Below, piece by piece: positions 42,401 through 58,400 of a stretch of DNA of 64,000 nucleotides. Origin of the DNA: Auanema rhodensis (taxonomy: Eukaryota; Animalia; Nematoda); NCBI GenBank assembly GCA_964057225.1, contig OZ059899.1, positions 18,166,001-18,230,000 on the forward strand. The letters are read 5' to 3'. A model generated the notes under the pieces. It worked only from the letters and a program-made list of their open reading frames with translations. It was not told where the DNA came from and searched no databases. Position numbers and translations under genes: made by a program. Each line of letters begins with the position of its first letter. The first letter of the stretch is position 1.

Positions 42401-43900
42401 ATTGGTGCATGGTAACCATGACTTTGAAATTTACGTGAACTTTAATTTATGCTAATTAAATGTACACGTGATGTGCACTTGGTATGTAACTTGCTTCACG
42501 TGAAAGATAAAGAGATGCGGTTTTCAAAATTAGATTCCCCATGTCCATATTAGTCTTAAAACAAATTTTCATTGATATTGGTGCATGGTAACCATGACTT
42601 TGAAATTTACGTGAACTTTAATTTATGCTAATTAAATGTACACGTGATGTGCACTTGGTATGTAACTCGCTTCACGTGAAAGATAAAGAGATGCAGTTCT
42701 CAAAATTAGATTCCCCATGTCCATATTAGTCTAAAAACAAATTTTTATTGATATTGGTGCATGGTAACCATGACTTTGAAATTTACGTGAACTTTAATTT
42801 ATGCTAATTAAATGTACACGTGATGTGCACTTGGTATGTAACTTGCTTCACGTGAAAGATAAAGAGATGCGGTTTTCAAAATTAGATTCCCCATGTCCAT
42901 ATTAGTCTTAAAACAAATTTTCATTGATATTGGTGCATGGTAACCATGACTTTGAAATTTACGTGAACTTTAATTTATGCTAATTAAATGTACACGTGAT
43001 GTGCACTTGGTATGTAACTCGCTTCACGTGAAAGATAAAGAGATGCAGTTCTCAAAATTAGATTCCCCATGTCCATATTAGTCTAAAAACAAATTTTTAT
43101 TGATATTGGTGCATGGTAACCATGACTTTGAAATTTACGTGAACTTTAATTTATGCTAATTAAATGTACACGTGGTGTGCACTCGGTATGTATCTCGCTT
43201 CACGTGAAAGATAAAGAGATGCGGTTTCCAAAATTAGATTCCCCATGTCCATATTAGTCTAAAAACAGTTTTTTACTGATATTGGTGCATGGTAACCATG
43301 ATTTTGAAATTTACGTGAACTTTAATTTATGCTAATTAAATGTACACATGGTGTGCACTCGGTATGTAACTCGCTTCACGTGAAAGATAAAGAGATGCGG
43401 TTTTCGAAATTAGATTCCCCATGTCCATATTAGTCTAAAAACAAATTTTTATTGATATTGGTGTATGGTAACCATGACTTTGAAATTTACGTGAACTTTA
43501 ATTTATGCTAATTAAATGTACACGTGATGTGCACTTGGTATGTAACTCGCTTCACGTGAAAGATAAAGAGATGCAGTTCTCACAATTAGATTCCCCATGT
43601 CCATATTAGTCTAAAAACAAATTTTTATTGATATTGGTGCATGGTAACCATGACTTTGAAATTTACGTGAACTTTAATTTATGCTAATTAAATGTACACG
43701 TGATGTGCACTTGGTATGTAACTTGCTTCACGTGAAAGATAAAGAGATGCGGTTTTCAAAATTAAATTCCCCATGTCCATATTAGTCTTAAAACAAATTT
43801 TTATTGATATTGGTGCATGGTAACCATGACTTTGAAATTTACGTGAACTTTAATTTATGCTAATTAAATGTACACGTGATGTGCACTTGGTATGTAACTT

Positions 43901-46900
43901 GCTTCACGTGAAAGATAAAGAGATGCGGTTTTCAAAATTAGATTCCCCATGTCCATATTAGTCTTAAAACAAATTTTTATTGATATTGGTGCATGGTAAC
44001 CATGACTTTGAATTTTACGTGAACTTTAATTTATGCTAATTAAATGTACACGTGGTGTGCACCCGGTATGTAACTCGCTTCACGTGAAAGATAAAGAGAT
44101 GAGGTTTTCCCAATTAGATTCCCCATGTCCATATTAGTCTAAAAACAAATTTTTATCGATATTGGTGCATGGTAACCATGACTTTGAAATTTACGTGAAC
44201 TTTATTTTATGCTACATAAATGTACACGTGGTGTGCACTCGGTATGTATCTCGCTTCACGTGAAAGAAAAAGAGATGCAGTTTCCAAAATTAGATTCCCC
44301 ATGTCCATATTAGTCTAAAAACAGTTTTTTACTGATATTGTTGCATGGTAACCATGATTTTGAAATTTACGTGAACTTTAATTTATGCTAATTAAATGTA
44401 CACATGGTGTGCACTCGGTATGTAACTCGCTTCACGTGAAAGATAAAGAGATGCGGTTTTCAAAATTAGATTCCCCATGTCCATATTAGTCTAAAAACAA
44501 ATTTTTATTGATATTGGTGCATGGTAACCATGACTTTGAAATTTACGTGAACTTCAATTTATGCTAATTAAATGTACACGCGGTGTGCACTTGGTATGTA
44601 ACTCGCTTCACGTGAAAGATAAAGAGATGCGGTTTTCAAAATTAGATTCCCCATGTCCATATTAGTCTAAAAACAAATTTTTATTGATATTGGTTCATGG
44701 TAACCATGACTTTGAAATTTACGTGAACTTTAATTTATGCTAATTAAATGTACACGTGATGTGCACTTGGTATGTAACTTGCTTCACGTGAAAGATAAAG
44801 AGATGCGGTTTTCAAAATTAGATTCCCCATGTCCATATTAGTCTAAAAACAAATTTTTATTGATATTGGTGTATGGTAACCATGACTTTGAAATTTACGT
44901 GAACTTTAATTTATGCTAATTAAATGTACACGTGATGTGCACTTGGTATGTAACTCGCTTCACGTGAAAGATAAAGAGATGCAGTTCTCACAATTAGATT
45001 CCCCATGTCCATATTAGTCTAAAAACAAATTTTTATTGATATTGGTGCATGGTAACCATGACTTTGAATTTTACGTGAACTTTAATTTATGCTAATTAAA
45101 TGTACAAGTGATGTGCACTTGGTATGTAACTCGCTTCACGTGAAAGATAAGGAGATGCGGTTTTCACAATTAGATTCCCCATGTCCATATTAGTCTAAAA
45201 ACAAATTTTTATTGATATTGGTGCATGGTAACCAAGACTTTGAAATTTACGTGAACTTTAATTTATGCTAATTAAATGTACACGTGATGTGCACTTGGTA
45301 TGTAACTTGCTTCACGTGAAAGATAAAGAGATGCGGTTTTCAAAATTAGATTCCCCATGTCCATATTAGTCTTAAAACAAATTTTTATTCATATTGGTGC
45401 ATGGTAACCATGACTTTGAAATTTACGTGAACTTTAATTTATGCTAATTAAATGTACACGTGGTGTGCACCCGGTATGTAACTCGCTTCACGTGAAAGAT
45501 AAAGAGATGAGGTTTTCCCAATTAGATTCCCCATGTCCATATTAGTCTAAAAACAAATTTTTATCGATATTGGTGCATGGTAACCATGACTTTGAAATTT
45601 ACGTGAACTTTATTTTATGCTACATAAATGTACACGTGGTGTGCACTCGGTATGTATCTCGCTTCACGTGAAAGAAAAAGAGATGCGGTTTCCAAAATTA
45701 GATTCCCCATGTCCATATTAGTCTAAAAACAGTTTTTTACTGATATTGGTGCATGGTAACCATGACTTTGAAATTTACGTGAACTTTATTTTATGCTACA
45801 TAAATGTACAAGTGATGTGCACTTGGTATGTAACTCGCTTCACGTGAAAGATAAGGAGATGCGGTTTTCAAAATTAGATTCCCCATGTCCATATTAGTCT
45901 AAAAACAAATTTTTATTGATATTGGTGCATGGTAACCATGACTTTGAATTTTACGTGAACTTTAATTTATGCTAATTAAATGTACAAGTGATGTGCACTT
46001 GGTATGTAACTCGCTTCACGTGAAAGATAAGGAGATGCGGTTTTCACAATTAGATTCCCCATGTCCATATTAGTCTAAAAACAAATTTTTATTGATATTG
46101 GTGCATGGTAACCATGACTTTGAAATTTACGTGAACTTCAATTTATGCTAATTAAATCTACACGCGGTGTGCACTTGGTATGTAACTCGCTTCACGTGAA
46201 AGATAAAGAGATGCGGTTTTCAAAATTAGATTCCCCATGTCCATATTAGTCTAAAAACAAATTTTTATTGATATTGGTGCATGGTAACCATGACTTTGAA
46301 ATTTACGTGAACTTTAATTTATGCTAATTAAATGTACACGTGATGTGCACTTGGTATGTAACTTGCTTCACGTGAAAGATAAAGAGATGCGGTTTTCAAA
46401 ATTAGATTCCCCATGTCCATATTAGTCTTAAAACAAATTTTTATTGATATTGGTGCATGGTAACCATGACTTTGAAATTTACGTGAACTTTAATTTATGC
46501 TAATTAAATGTACACGTGGTGTGCACCCGGTATGTAACTCGCTTCACGTGAAAGATAAAGAGATGAGGTTTTCCCAATTAGATTCCCCATGTCCATATTA
46601 GTCTAAAAACAAATTTTTATCGATATTGGTGCATGGTAACCATGACTTTGAAATTTACGTGAACTTTAATTTATGCTAATTAAATGTACACGTGGTGTGC
46701 ACCCGGTATGTAACTCGCTTCACGTGAAAGATAAAGAGATGCGGTTTTCAAAATTAGATTCCCCATGTCCATATTAGTCTTAAAACAAATTTTTATTGAT
46801 ATTGGTGCATGGTAACCATGACTTTGAATTTTACGTGAACTTTAATTTATGCTAATTAAATGTACACGTGGTGTGCACCCGGTATGTAACTCGCTTCACG

Positions 46901-49484
46901 TGAAAGATAAAGAGATGAGGTTTTCCCAATTAGATTCCCCATGTCCATATTAGTCTAAAAACAAATTTTTATCGATATTGGTGCATGGTAACCATGACTT
47001 TGAAATTTACGTGAACTTTATTTTATGCTACATAAATGTACACGTGGTGTGCACTCGGTATGTATCTCGCTTCACGTGAAAGAAAAAGAGATGCAGTTTC
47101 CAAAATTAGATTCCCCATGTCCATATTAGTCTAAAAACAGTTTTTTACTGATATTGTTGCATGGTAACCATGATTTTGAAATTTACGTGAACTTTAATTT
47201 ATGCTAATTAAATGTACACATGGTGTGCACTCGGTATGTAACTCGCTTCACGTGAAAGATAAAGAGATGCGGTTTTCAAAATTAGATTCCCCATGTCCAT
47301 ATTAGTCTAAAAACAAATTTTTATTGATATTGGTGCATGGTAACCATGACTTTGAAATTTACGTGAACTTCAATTTATGCTAATTAAATGTACACGCGGT
47401 GTGCACTTGGTATGTAACTCGCTTCACGTGAAAGATAAAGAGATGCGGTTTTCAAAATTAGATTCCCCATGTCCATATTAGTCTAAAAACAAATTTTTAT
47501 TGATATTGGTTCATGGTAACCATGACTTTGAAATTTACGTGAACTTTAATTTATGCTAATTAAATGTACACGTGATGTGCACTTGGTATGTAACTTGCTT
47601 CACGTGAAAGATAAAGAGATGCGGTTTTCAAAATTAGATTCCCCATGTCCATATTAGTCTAAAAACAAATTTTTATTGATATTGGTGTATGGTAACCATG
47701 ACTTTGAAATTTACGTGAACTTTAATTTATGCTAATTAAATGTACACGTGATGTGCACTTGGTATGTAACTCGCTTCACGTGAAAGATAAAGAGATGCAG
47801 TTCTCACAATTAGATTCCCCATGTCCATATTAGTCTAAAAACAAATTTTTATTGATATTGGTGCATGGTAACCATGACTTTGAATTTTACGTGAACTTTA
47901 ATTTATGCTAATTAAATGTACAAGTGATGTGCACTTGGTATGTAACTCGCTTCACGTGAAAGATAAGGAGATGCGGTTTTCACAATTAGATTCCCCATGT
48001 CCATATTAGTCTAAAAACAAATTTTTATTGATATTGGTGCATGGTAACCAAGACTTTGAAATTTACGTGAACTTTAATTTATGCTAATTAAATGTACACG
48101 TGATGTGCACTTGGTATGTAACTTGCTTCACGTGAAAGATAAAGAGATGCGGTTTTCAAAATTAGATTCCCCATGTCCATATTAGTCTTAAAACAAATTT
48201 TTATTCATATTGGTGCATGGTAACCATGACATTGAAATTTACGTGAACTTTAATTTATGCTAATTAAATGTACACGTGGTGTGCACCCGGTATGTAACTC
48301 GCTTCACGTGAAAGATAAAGAGATGAGGTTTTCCCAATTAGATTCCCCATGTCCATATTAGTCTAAAAACAAATTTTTATCGATATTGGTGCATGGTAAC
48401 CATGACTTTGAAATTTACGTGAACTTTATTTTATGCTACATAAATGTACACGTGGTGTGCACTCGGTATGTATCTCGCTTCACGTGAAAGAAAAAGAGAT
48501 GCGGTTTCCAAAATTAGATTCCCCATGTCCATATTAGTCTAAAAACAGTTTTTTACTGATATTGGTGCATGGTAACCATGACTTTGAAATTTACGTGAAC
48601 TTTATTTTATGCTACATAAATGTACAAGTGATGTGCACTTGGTATGTAACTCGCTTCACGTGAAAGATAAGGAGATGCGGTTTTCAAAATTAGATTCCCC
48701 ATGTCCATATTAGTCTAAAAACAAATTTTTATTGATATTGGTGCATGGTAACCATGACTTTGAATTTTACGTGAACTTTAATTTATGCTAATTAAATGTA
48801 CAAGTGATGTGCACTTGGTATGTAACTCGCTTCACGTGAAAGATAAGGAGATGCGGTTTTCACAATTAGATTCCCCATGTCCATATTAGTCTAAAAACAA
48901 ATTTTTATTGATATTGGTGCATGGTAACCATGACTTTGAAATTTACGTGAACTTCAATTTATGCTAATTAAATCTACACGCGGTGTGCACTTGGTATGTA
49001 ACTCGCTTCACGTGAAAGATAAAGAGATGCGGTTTTCAAAATTAGATTCCCCATGTCCATATTAGTCTAAAAACAAATTTTTATTGATATTGGTGCATGG
49101 TAACCATGACTTTGAAATTTACGTGAACTTTAATTTATGCTAATTAAATGTACACGTGATGTGCACTTGGTATGTAACTTGCTTCACGTGAAAGATAAAG
49201 AGATGCGGTTTTCAAAATTAGATTCCCCATGTCCATATTAGTCTTAAAACAAATTTTTATTGATATTGGTGCATGGTAACCATGACTTTGAAATTTACGT
49301 GAACTTTAATTTATGCTAATTAAATGTACACGTGGTGTGCACCCGGTATGTAACTCGCTTCACGTGAAAGATAAAGAGATGAGGTTTTCCCAATTAGATT
49401 CCCCATGTCCATATTAGTCTAAAAACAAATTTTTATCGATATTGGTGCATGGTAACCATGACTTTGAAATTTACGTGAACTTTA
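43901..49484 (+). repeat. Local tandem duplication, period 16 monomers (2816 bp), near-identical copies
   Basis: Private variants ATTGTTGCAT at 44341/47157, ACCAAGACT at ~45235/48051 and TTATTCATAT at 45390/48206 recur 2816 bp apart. Confidence 0.9.
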
Positions 49485-52400
49485 TTTTATGCTACATAAA
49501 TGTACACGTGGTGTGCACTCGGTATGTATCTCGCTTCACGTGAAAGAAAAAGAGATGCGGTTTCCAAAATTAGATTCCCCATGTCCATATTAGTCTAAAA
49601 ACAGTTTTTTACTGATATTGGTGCATGGTAACCATGACTTTGAAATTTACGTGAACTTTAATTTATGCTAATTAAATGTACAAGTGATGTGCACTTGGTA
49701 TGTAACTCGCTTCACGTGAAAGATAAGGAGATGCGGTTTTCACAATTAGATTCCCCATGTCCATATTAGTCTAAAAACAAATTTTTATTGATATTGGTGC
49801 ATGGTAACCATGACTTTGAAATTTACGTGAACTTCAATTTATGCTAATTAAATCTACACGCGGTGTGCACTTGGTATGTAACTCGCTTCACGTGAAAGAT
49901 AAAGAGATGCGGTTTTCAAAATTAGATTCCCCATGTCCATATTAGTCTAAAAACAAATTTTTATTGATATTGGTGCATGGTAACCATGACTTTGAAATTT
50001 ACGTGAACTTTATTTTATGCTACATAAATGTACAAGTGATGTGCACTTGGTATGTAACTCGCTTCACGTGAAAGATAAGGAGATGCGGTTTTCAAAATTA
50101 GATTCCCCATGTCCATATTAGTCTAAAAACAAATTTTTATTGATATTGGTGCATGGTAACCATGACTTTGAATTTTACGTGAACTTTAATTTATGCTAAT
50201 TAAATGTACAAGTGATGTGCACTTGGTATGTAACTCGCTTCACGTGAAAGATAAGGAGATGCGGTTTTCACAATTAGATTCCCCATGTCCATATTAGTCT
50301 AAAAACAAATTTTTATTGATATTGGTGCATGGTAACCATGACTTTGAAATTTACGTGAACTTCAATTTATGCTAATTAAATCTACACGCGGTGTGCACTT
50401 GGTATGTAACTCGCTTCACGTGAAAGATAAAGAGATGCGGTTTTCAAAATTAGATTCCCCATGTCCATATTAGTCTAAAAACAAATTTTTATTGATATTG
50501 GTGCATGGTAACCATGACTTTGAAATTTACGTGAACTTTAATTTATGCTAATTAAATGTACACGTGATGTGCACTTGGTATGTAACTTGCTTCACGTGAA
50601 AGATAAAGAGATGCGGTTTTCAAAATTAGATTCCCCATGTCCATATTAGTCTAAAAACAAATTTTTATTGATATTGGTGTATGGTAACCATGACTTTGAA
50701 ATTTACGTGAACTTTAATTTATGCTAATTAAATGTACACGTGATGTGCACTTGGTATGTAACTCGCTTCACGTGAAAGATAAAGAGATGCAGTTCTCACA
50801 ATTAGATTCCCCATGTCCATATTAGTCTAAAAACAAATTTTTATTGATATTGGTTCATGGTAACCATGACTTTGAAATTTACGTGAACTTTAATTTATGC
50901 TAATTAAATGTACACGTGATGTGCACTTGGTATGTAACTTGCTTCACGTGAAAGATAAAGAGATGAGGTTTTCCCAATTAGATTCCCCATGTCCATATTA
51001 GTCTAAAAACAAATTTTTATCGATATTGGTGCATGGTAACCATGATTTTGAAATTTACGTGAACTTTAATTTATGCTAATTAAATGTACACATGGTGTGC
51101 ACTCGGTATGTAACTCGCTTCACGTGAAAGATAAAGAGATACGGTTTTCGAAATTAGATTCCCCATGTCCATATTAGTCTAAAAACAAATTTTTATTGAT
51201 ATTGGTGCATGGTAACCATGATTTTGAAATTTACGTGAACTTTAATTTATGCTAATTAAATGTACACATGGTGTGCACTCGGTATGTAACTCGCTTCACG
51301 TGAAAGATAAAGAGATGCGGTTTTCAAAATTAGATTCCCCATGTCCATATTAGTCTAAAAACAAATTTTTATTGATATTGGTGCATGGTAACCATGACTT
51401 TGAAATTTACGTGAACTTTAATTTATGCTAATTAAATGTACACGTGATGTGCACTTGGTATGTAACTTGCTTCACGTGAAAGATAAAGAGATGCGGTTTT
51501 CAAAATTAGATTCCCCATGTCCATATTAGTCTTAAAACAAATTTTTATTGATATTGGTGCATGGTAACCATGACTTTGGAATTTACGTGAACTTTAATTT
51601 ATGCTAATTAAATGTACACGTGGTGTGCACCCGGTATGTAACTCGCTTCACGTGAAAGATAAAGAGATGAGGTTTTCCCAATTAGATTCCCCATGTCCAT
51701 ATTAGTCTAAAACCAAATTTTTATCGATATTGGTGCATGGTAACCATGACTTTGAAATTTACGTGAACTTTATTTTATGCTACATAAATGTACACGTGGT
51801 GTGCACTCGGTATGTATCTCGCTTCACGTGAAAGAAAAAGAGATGCGGTTTCCAAAATTAGATTCCCCATGTCCATATTAGTCTAAAAACAGTTTTTTAC
51901 TGATATTGGTGCATGGTAACCATGACTTTGAAATTTACGTGAACTTTAATTTATGCTAATTAAATGTACAAGTGATGTGCACTTGGTATGTAACTCGCTT
52001 CACGTGAAAGATAAGGAGATGCGGTTTTCACAATTAGATTCCCCATGTCCATATTAGTCTAAAAACAAATTTTTATTGATATTGGTGCATGGTAACCATG
52101 ACTTTGAAATTTACGTGAACTTCAATTTATGCTAATTAAATCTACACGCGGTGTGCACTTGGTATGTAACTCGCTTCACGTGAAAGATAAAGAGATGCGG
52201 TTTTCAAAATTAGATTCCCCATGTCCATATTAGTCTAAAAACAAATTTTTATTGATATTGGTGCATGGTAACCATGACTTTGAAATTTACGTGAACTTTA
52301 TTTTATGCTACATAAATGTACAAGTGATGTGCACTTGGTATGTAACTCGCTTCACGTGAAAGATAAGGAGATGCGGTTTTTAAAATTAGATTCCCCATGT

Positions 52401-54480
52401 CCATATTAGTCTAAAAACAAATTTTTATTGATATTGGTGCATGGTAACCATGACTTTGAATTTTACGTGAACTTTAATTTATGCTAATTAAATGTACAAG
52501 TGATGTGCACTTGGTATGTAACTCGCTTCACGTGAAAGATAAGGAGATGCGGTTTTCACAATTAGATTCCCCATGTCCATATTAGTCTAAAAACAAATTT
52601 TTATTGATATTGGTGCATGGTAACCATGACTTTGAAATTTACGTGAACTTCAATTTATGCTAATTAAATCTACACGCGGTGTGCACTTGGTATGTAACTC
52701 GCTTCACGTGAAAGATAAAGAGATGCGGTTTTCAAAATTAGATTCCCCATGTCCATATTAGTCTAAAAACAAATTTTTATTGATATTGGTGCATGGTAAC
52801 CATGACTTTGAAATTTACGTGAACTTTAATTTATGCTAATTAAATGTACACGTGATGTGCACTTGGTATGTAACTTGCTTCACGTGAAAGATAAAGAGAT
52901 GCGGTTTTCAAAATTAGATTCCCCATGTCCATATTAGTCTAAAAACAAATTTTTATTGATATTGGTGTATGGTAACCATGACTTTGAAATTTACGTGAAC
53001 TTTAATTTATGCTAATTAAATGTACACGTGATGTGCACTTGGTATGTAACTCGCTTCACGTGAAAGATAAAGAGATGCAGTTCTCACAATTAGATTCCCC
53101 ATGTCCATATTAGTCTAAAAACAAATTTTTATTGATATTGGTTCATGGTAACCATGACTTTGAAATTTACGTGAACTTTAATTTATGCTAATTAAATGTA
53201 CACGTGATGTGCACTTGGTATGTAACTTGCTTCACGTGAAAGATAAAGAGATGAGGTTTTCCCAATTAGATTCCCCATGTCCATATTAGTCTAAAAACAA
53301 ATTTTTATCGATATTGGTGCATGGTAACCATGACTTTGAAATTTACGTGAACTTTATTTTATGCTACATAAATGTACACGTGGTGTGCACTCGGTATGTA
53401 TCTCGCTTCACGTGAAAGAAAAAGAGATGCGGTTTCCAAAATTAGATTCCCCATGTCCATATTAGTCTAAAAACAGTTTTTTACTGATATTGGTGCATGG
53501 TAACCATGACTTTGAAATTTACGTGAACTTTATTTTATGCTACATAAATGTACAAGTGATGTGCACTTGGTATGTAACTCGCTTCACGTGAAAGATAAGG
53601 AGATGCGGTTTTCAAAATTAGATTCCCCATGTCCATATTAGTCTAAAAACAAATTTTTATTGATATTGGTGCATGGTAACCATGACTTTGAATTTTACGT
53701 GAACTTTAATTTATGCTAATTAAATGTACAAGTGATGTGCACTTGGTATGTAACTCGCTTCACGTGAAAGATAAGGAGATGCGGTTTTCACAATTAGATT
53801 CCCCATGTCCATATTAGTCTAAAAACAAATTTTTATTGATATTGGTGCATGGTAACCATGACTTTGAAATTTACGTGAACTTCAATTTATGCTAATTAAA
53901 TCTACACGCGGTGTGCACTTGGTATGTAACTCGCTTCACGTGAAAGATAAAGAGATGCGGTTTTCAAAATTAGATTCCCCATGTCCATATTAGTCTAAAA
54001 ACAAATTTTTATTGATATTGGTGCATGGTAACCATGACTTTGAAATTTACGTGAACTTTAATTTATGCTAATTAAATGTACACGTGATGTGCACTTGGTA
54101 TGTAACTTGCTTCACGTGAAAGATAAAGAGATGCGGTTTTCAAAATTAGATTCCCCATGTCCATATTAGTCTAAAAACAAATTTTTATTGATATTGGTGT
54201 ATGGTAACCATGACTTTGAAATTTACGTGAACTTTAATTTATGCTAATTAAATGTACACGTGATGTGCACTTGGTATGTAACTCGCTTCACGTAAAAGAT
54301 AAAGAGATGCAGTTCTCACAATTAGATTCCCCATGTCCATATTAGTCTAAAAACAAATTTTTATTGATATTGGTTCATGGTAACCATGACTTTGAAATTT
54401 ACGTGAACTTTAATTTATGCTAATTAAATGTACACGTGATGTGCACTTGGTATGTAACTTGCTTCACGTGAAAGATAAAG
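49104..54480 (+). repeat. Overlapping 13-monomer (2288 bp) and 7-monomer (1232 bp) duplications
   Basis: AATCTACACGCGG is at ~49853/52141 and ~50381/52669 (offset 2288), and at 52669/53901 (offset 1232). GGTGTATGG is at ~50680/52968/54200. Confidence 0.78.
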
Positions 54481-55494
54481 AGATGCGGTTTTCAAAATTA
54501 GATTCCCCATGTCCATATTAGTCTTAAAACAAATTTTTATTGATATTGGTGCATGGTAACCATGACTTTGAAATTTACGTGAACTTTAATTTATGCTAAT
54601 TAAATGTACACGTGATGTGCACTTGGTATGTAACTTGCTTCACGTGAAAGATAAAGAGATGCGGTTTCCAAAATTAGATTCCCCATGTCCATATTAGTCT
54701 TAAAACAAATTTTTATTGATATTGGTGCATGGTAACCATGACTTTGAATTTTACGTGAACTTTAATTTATGCTAATTAAATGTACACGTGGTGTGCACCC
54801 GGTATGTAACTCGCTTCACGTGAAAGATAAAGAGATGAGGTTTTCCCAATTAGATTCCCCATGTCCATATTAGTCTAAAAACAAATTTTTATCGATATTG
54901 GTGCATGGTAACCATGACTTTGAAATTTACGTGAACTTTATTTTATGCTACATAAATGTACACGTGGTGTGCACTCGGTATGTATCTCGCTTCACGTGAA
55001 AGAAAAAAAGATGCGGTTTCCAAAATTAGATTCCCCATGTCCATATTAGTCTAAAAACAGTTTTTTACTGATATTGGTGCATGGTAACCATGATTTTGAA
55101 ATTTACGTGAACTTTAATTTATGCTAATTAAATGTACACATGGTGTGCACTCGGTATGTAACTCGCTTCACGTGAAAGATAAAGAGATGCGGTTTTCAAA
55201 ATTAGATTCCCCATGTCCATATTAGTCTAAAAACAAATTTTTATTGATATTGGTGCATGGTAACCATGACTTTGAATTTTACGTGAACTTTAATTTATGC
55301 TAATTAAATGTACAAGTGATGTGCACTTGGTATGTAACTCGCTTCACGTGAAAGATAAGGAGATGCGGTTTTCACAATTAGATTCCCCATGTCCATATTA
55401 GTCTAAAAACAAATTTTTATTGATATTGGTGCATGGTAACCATGACTTTGAAATTTACGTGAACTTCAATTTATGCTAATTAAATCTACACGCT

Positions 55495-58400
55495 ATGTGC
55501 ACTTGGTATGTAACTCGCTTCACGTGAAAGATGAAGAGATGCGGTTTTCAAAATTAGATTCCCCATGTCCATATTAGTCTAAAAACAAATTTTTATTGAT
55601 ATTGGTTCATGGTAACCATGACTTTGAAATTTACGTGAACTTTAATTTATGCTAATTAAATGTACACGTGATGTGCACTTGGTATGTAACTTGCTTCACG
55701 TGAAAGATAAAGAGATGCGGTTTTCAAAATTAGATTCCCCATGTCCATATTAGTCTTAAAACAAATTTTTATTGATATTGGTGCATGGTAACCATGACTT
55801 TGAAATTTACGTGAACTTTAATTTATGCTAATTAAATGTACACGTGATGTGCACTTGGTATGTAACTTGCTTCACGTGAAAGATAAAGAGATGCGGTTTT
55901 CAAAATTAGATTCCCCATGTCCATATTAGTCTTAAAACAAATTTTTATTGATATTGGTGCATGGTAACCATAACTTTGAAATTTACGTGAACTTTAATTT
56001 ATGCTAATTAAATGTACAAGTGATGTGCACTTGGTATGTAACTCGCTTCACGGGAAAGATAAAGAGATGAGGTTTTCCCAATTAGATTCCCCATGTCCAT
56101 ATTAGTCTAAAAACAAATTTTTATCGATATTGGTGCATGGTAACCATGACTTTGAAATTTACGTGAACTTTATTTTATGCTACATAAATGTACACGTGGT
56201 GTGCACTCGGTATGTATCTCGCTTCACGTGAAAGAAAAAGAGATGCGGTTTCCAAAATTAGATTCCCCATGTCCATATTAGTCTAAAAACAGTTTTTTAC
56301 TGATATTGGTGAATGGTAACCATGGTTTTGAAATTTACGTGAACTTTAATTTATGCTAATTAAATGTACACATGGTGTGCACTCGGTATGTAACTCGCTT
56401 CACGTGAAAGATAAAGAGATGCGGTTTTCAAAATTAGATTCCCCATGTCCATATTAGTCTAAAAACAAATTTTTATTGATATTGGTGCATGGTAACCATG
56501 ACTTTGAATTTTACGTGAACTTTAATTTATGCTAATTAAACGTACACGTGGTGTGCACTCGGTATGTAACTCGCTTCACGTGAAAGATAAAGAGATGCGG
56601 TTTTCAAAAATAGATTCCCCATGTCCATATTAGTCTAAAAACAAGTTTTTATTGATATTGGTGCATGGTAACCATGACTTTGAATTTTACGTGAACTTTA
56701 ATTTATGCTAATTAAATGTACACGTGGTGTGCACTCGGTATGTAACTCGCTTCACGTGAAAGATAAAGAGATGCGGTTTTTAAAATTAGACTCCCCATGT
56801 CCATATTAGTCTAAAAACAAATTTTTATTGATATTGGTGCATGGTAACCATGACTTTGAAATTTACGTGAACTTTAATTTATGCTAATTAAATGTACACG
56901 TGGTGTGCACTCGGTATGTAACTCGCTTCACGTGAAAGATAAAGAGATGCGGTTTTTAAAATTAGATTCCCCATGTCCATATTAGTCTGAAAACAATTTT
57001 TTACTGATATTGGTGCATGGTAACCATGACTTTGAAATTTACGTGAACTTTAATTTATGCTAATTAAATGTACACGTGATGTGCACTTGGTATGTAACTT
57101 GCTTCACGTGAAAGATAAAAAGATGCGGTTTTCAAAATTAGATTCCCCATGTCCATATTAGTCTTAAAACAAATTTTTATTGATATTGGTGCATGGTAAC
57201 CATGACTTTGAAATTTACGTGAACTTTAATTTATGCTAATTAAATCTACACGCGGTGTGCACTTGGTATGTAACTCGCTTCACGTGAAAGATAAAGAGAT
57301 GCGGTTTTCAAAATTAGATTCCCCATGTCCATATTAGTCTAAAAACAAATTTTTATTGATATTGGTTCATGGTAACCATGACTTTGAAATTTACGTGAAC
57401 TTTAATTTATGCTAATTAAATGTACACGTGATGTGCACTTGGTATGTAACTTGCTTCACGTGAAAGATAAAGAGATGCGGTTTTCAAAATTAGATTCCCC
57501 ATGTCCATATTAGTCTTAAAACAAATTTTTATTGATATTGGTGCATGGTAACCATGACTTTGAAATTTACGTGAACTTTAATTTATGCTAATTAAATGTA
57601 CACGTGATGTGCACTTGGTATGTAACTTGCTTCACGTGAAAGATAAAGAGATGCGGTTTTCAAAATTAGATTCCCCATGTCCATATTAGTCTTAAAACAA
57701 ATTTTTATTGATATTGGTGCATGGTAACCATAACTTTGAAATTTACGTGAACTTTAATTTATGCTAATTAAATGTACAAGTGATGTGCACTTGGTATGTA
57801 ACTCGCTTCACGTGAAAGATAAAGAGATGAGGTTTTCCCAATTAGATTCCCCATGTCCATATTAGTCTAAAAACAAATTTTTATCGATATTGGTGCATGG
57901 TAACCATGACTTTGAAATTTACGTGAACTTTATTTTATGCTACATAAATGTACACATGGTGTGCACTCGGTATGTAACTCGCTTCACGTGAAAGATAAAG
58001 AGATGCGGTTTCCAAAATTAGATTCCCCATGTCCATATTAGTCTAAAAACAGTTTTTTACTGATATTGGTGAATGGTAACCATGATTTTGAAATTTACGT
58101 GAACTTTAATTTATGCTAATTAAATGTACAAGTGATGTGCACTTGGTATGTAACTTGCTTCACGTGAAAGATAAAGAGATGCGGTTTTCAAAATTAGATT
58201 CCCCATGTCCATATTAGTCTTAAAACAAATTTTTATTGATATTGGTGCATGGTAACCATGACTTTGAAATTTACGTGAACTTTAATTTATGCTAATTAAA
58301 TGTACACGTGATGTGCACTTGGTATGTAACTTGCTTCACGTGAAAGATAAAGAGATGCGGTTTTCAAAATTAGATTCCCCATGTCCATATTAGTCTTAAA

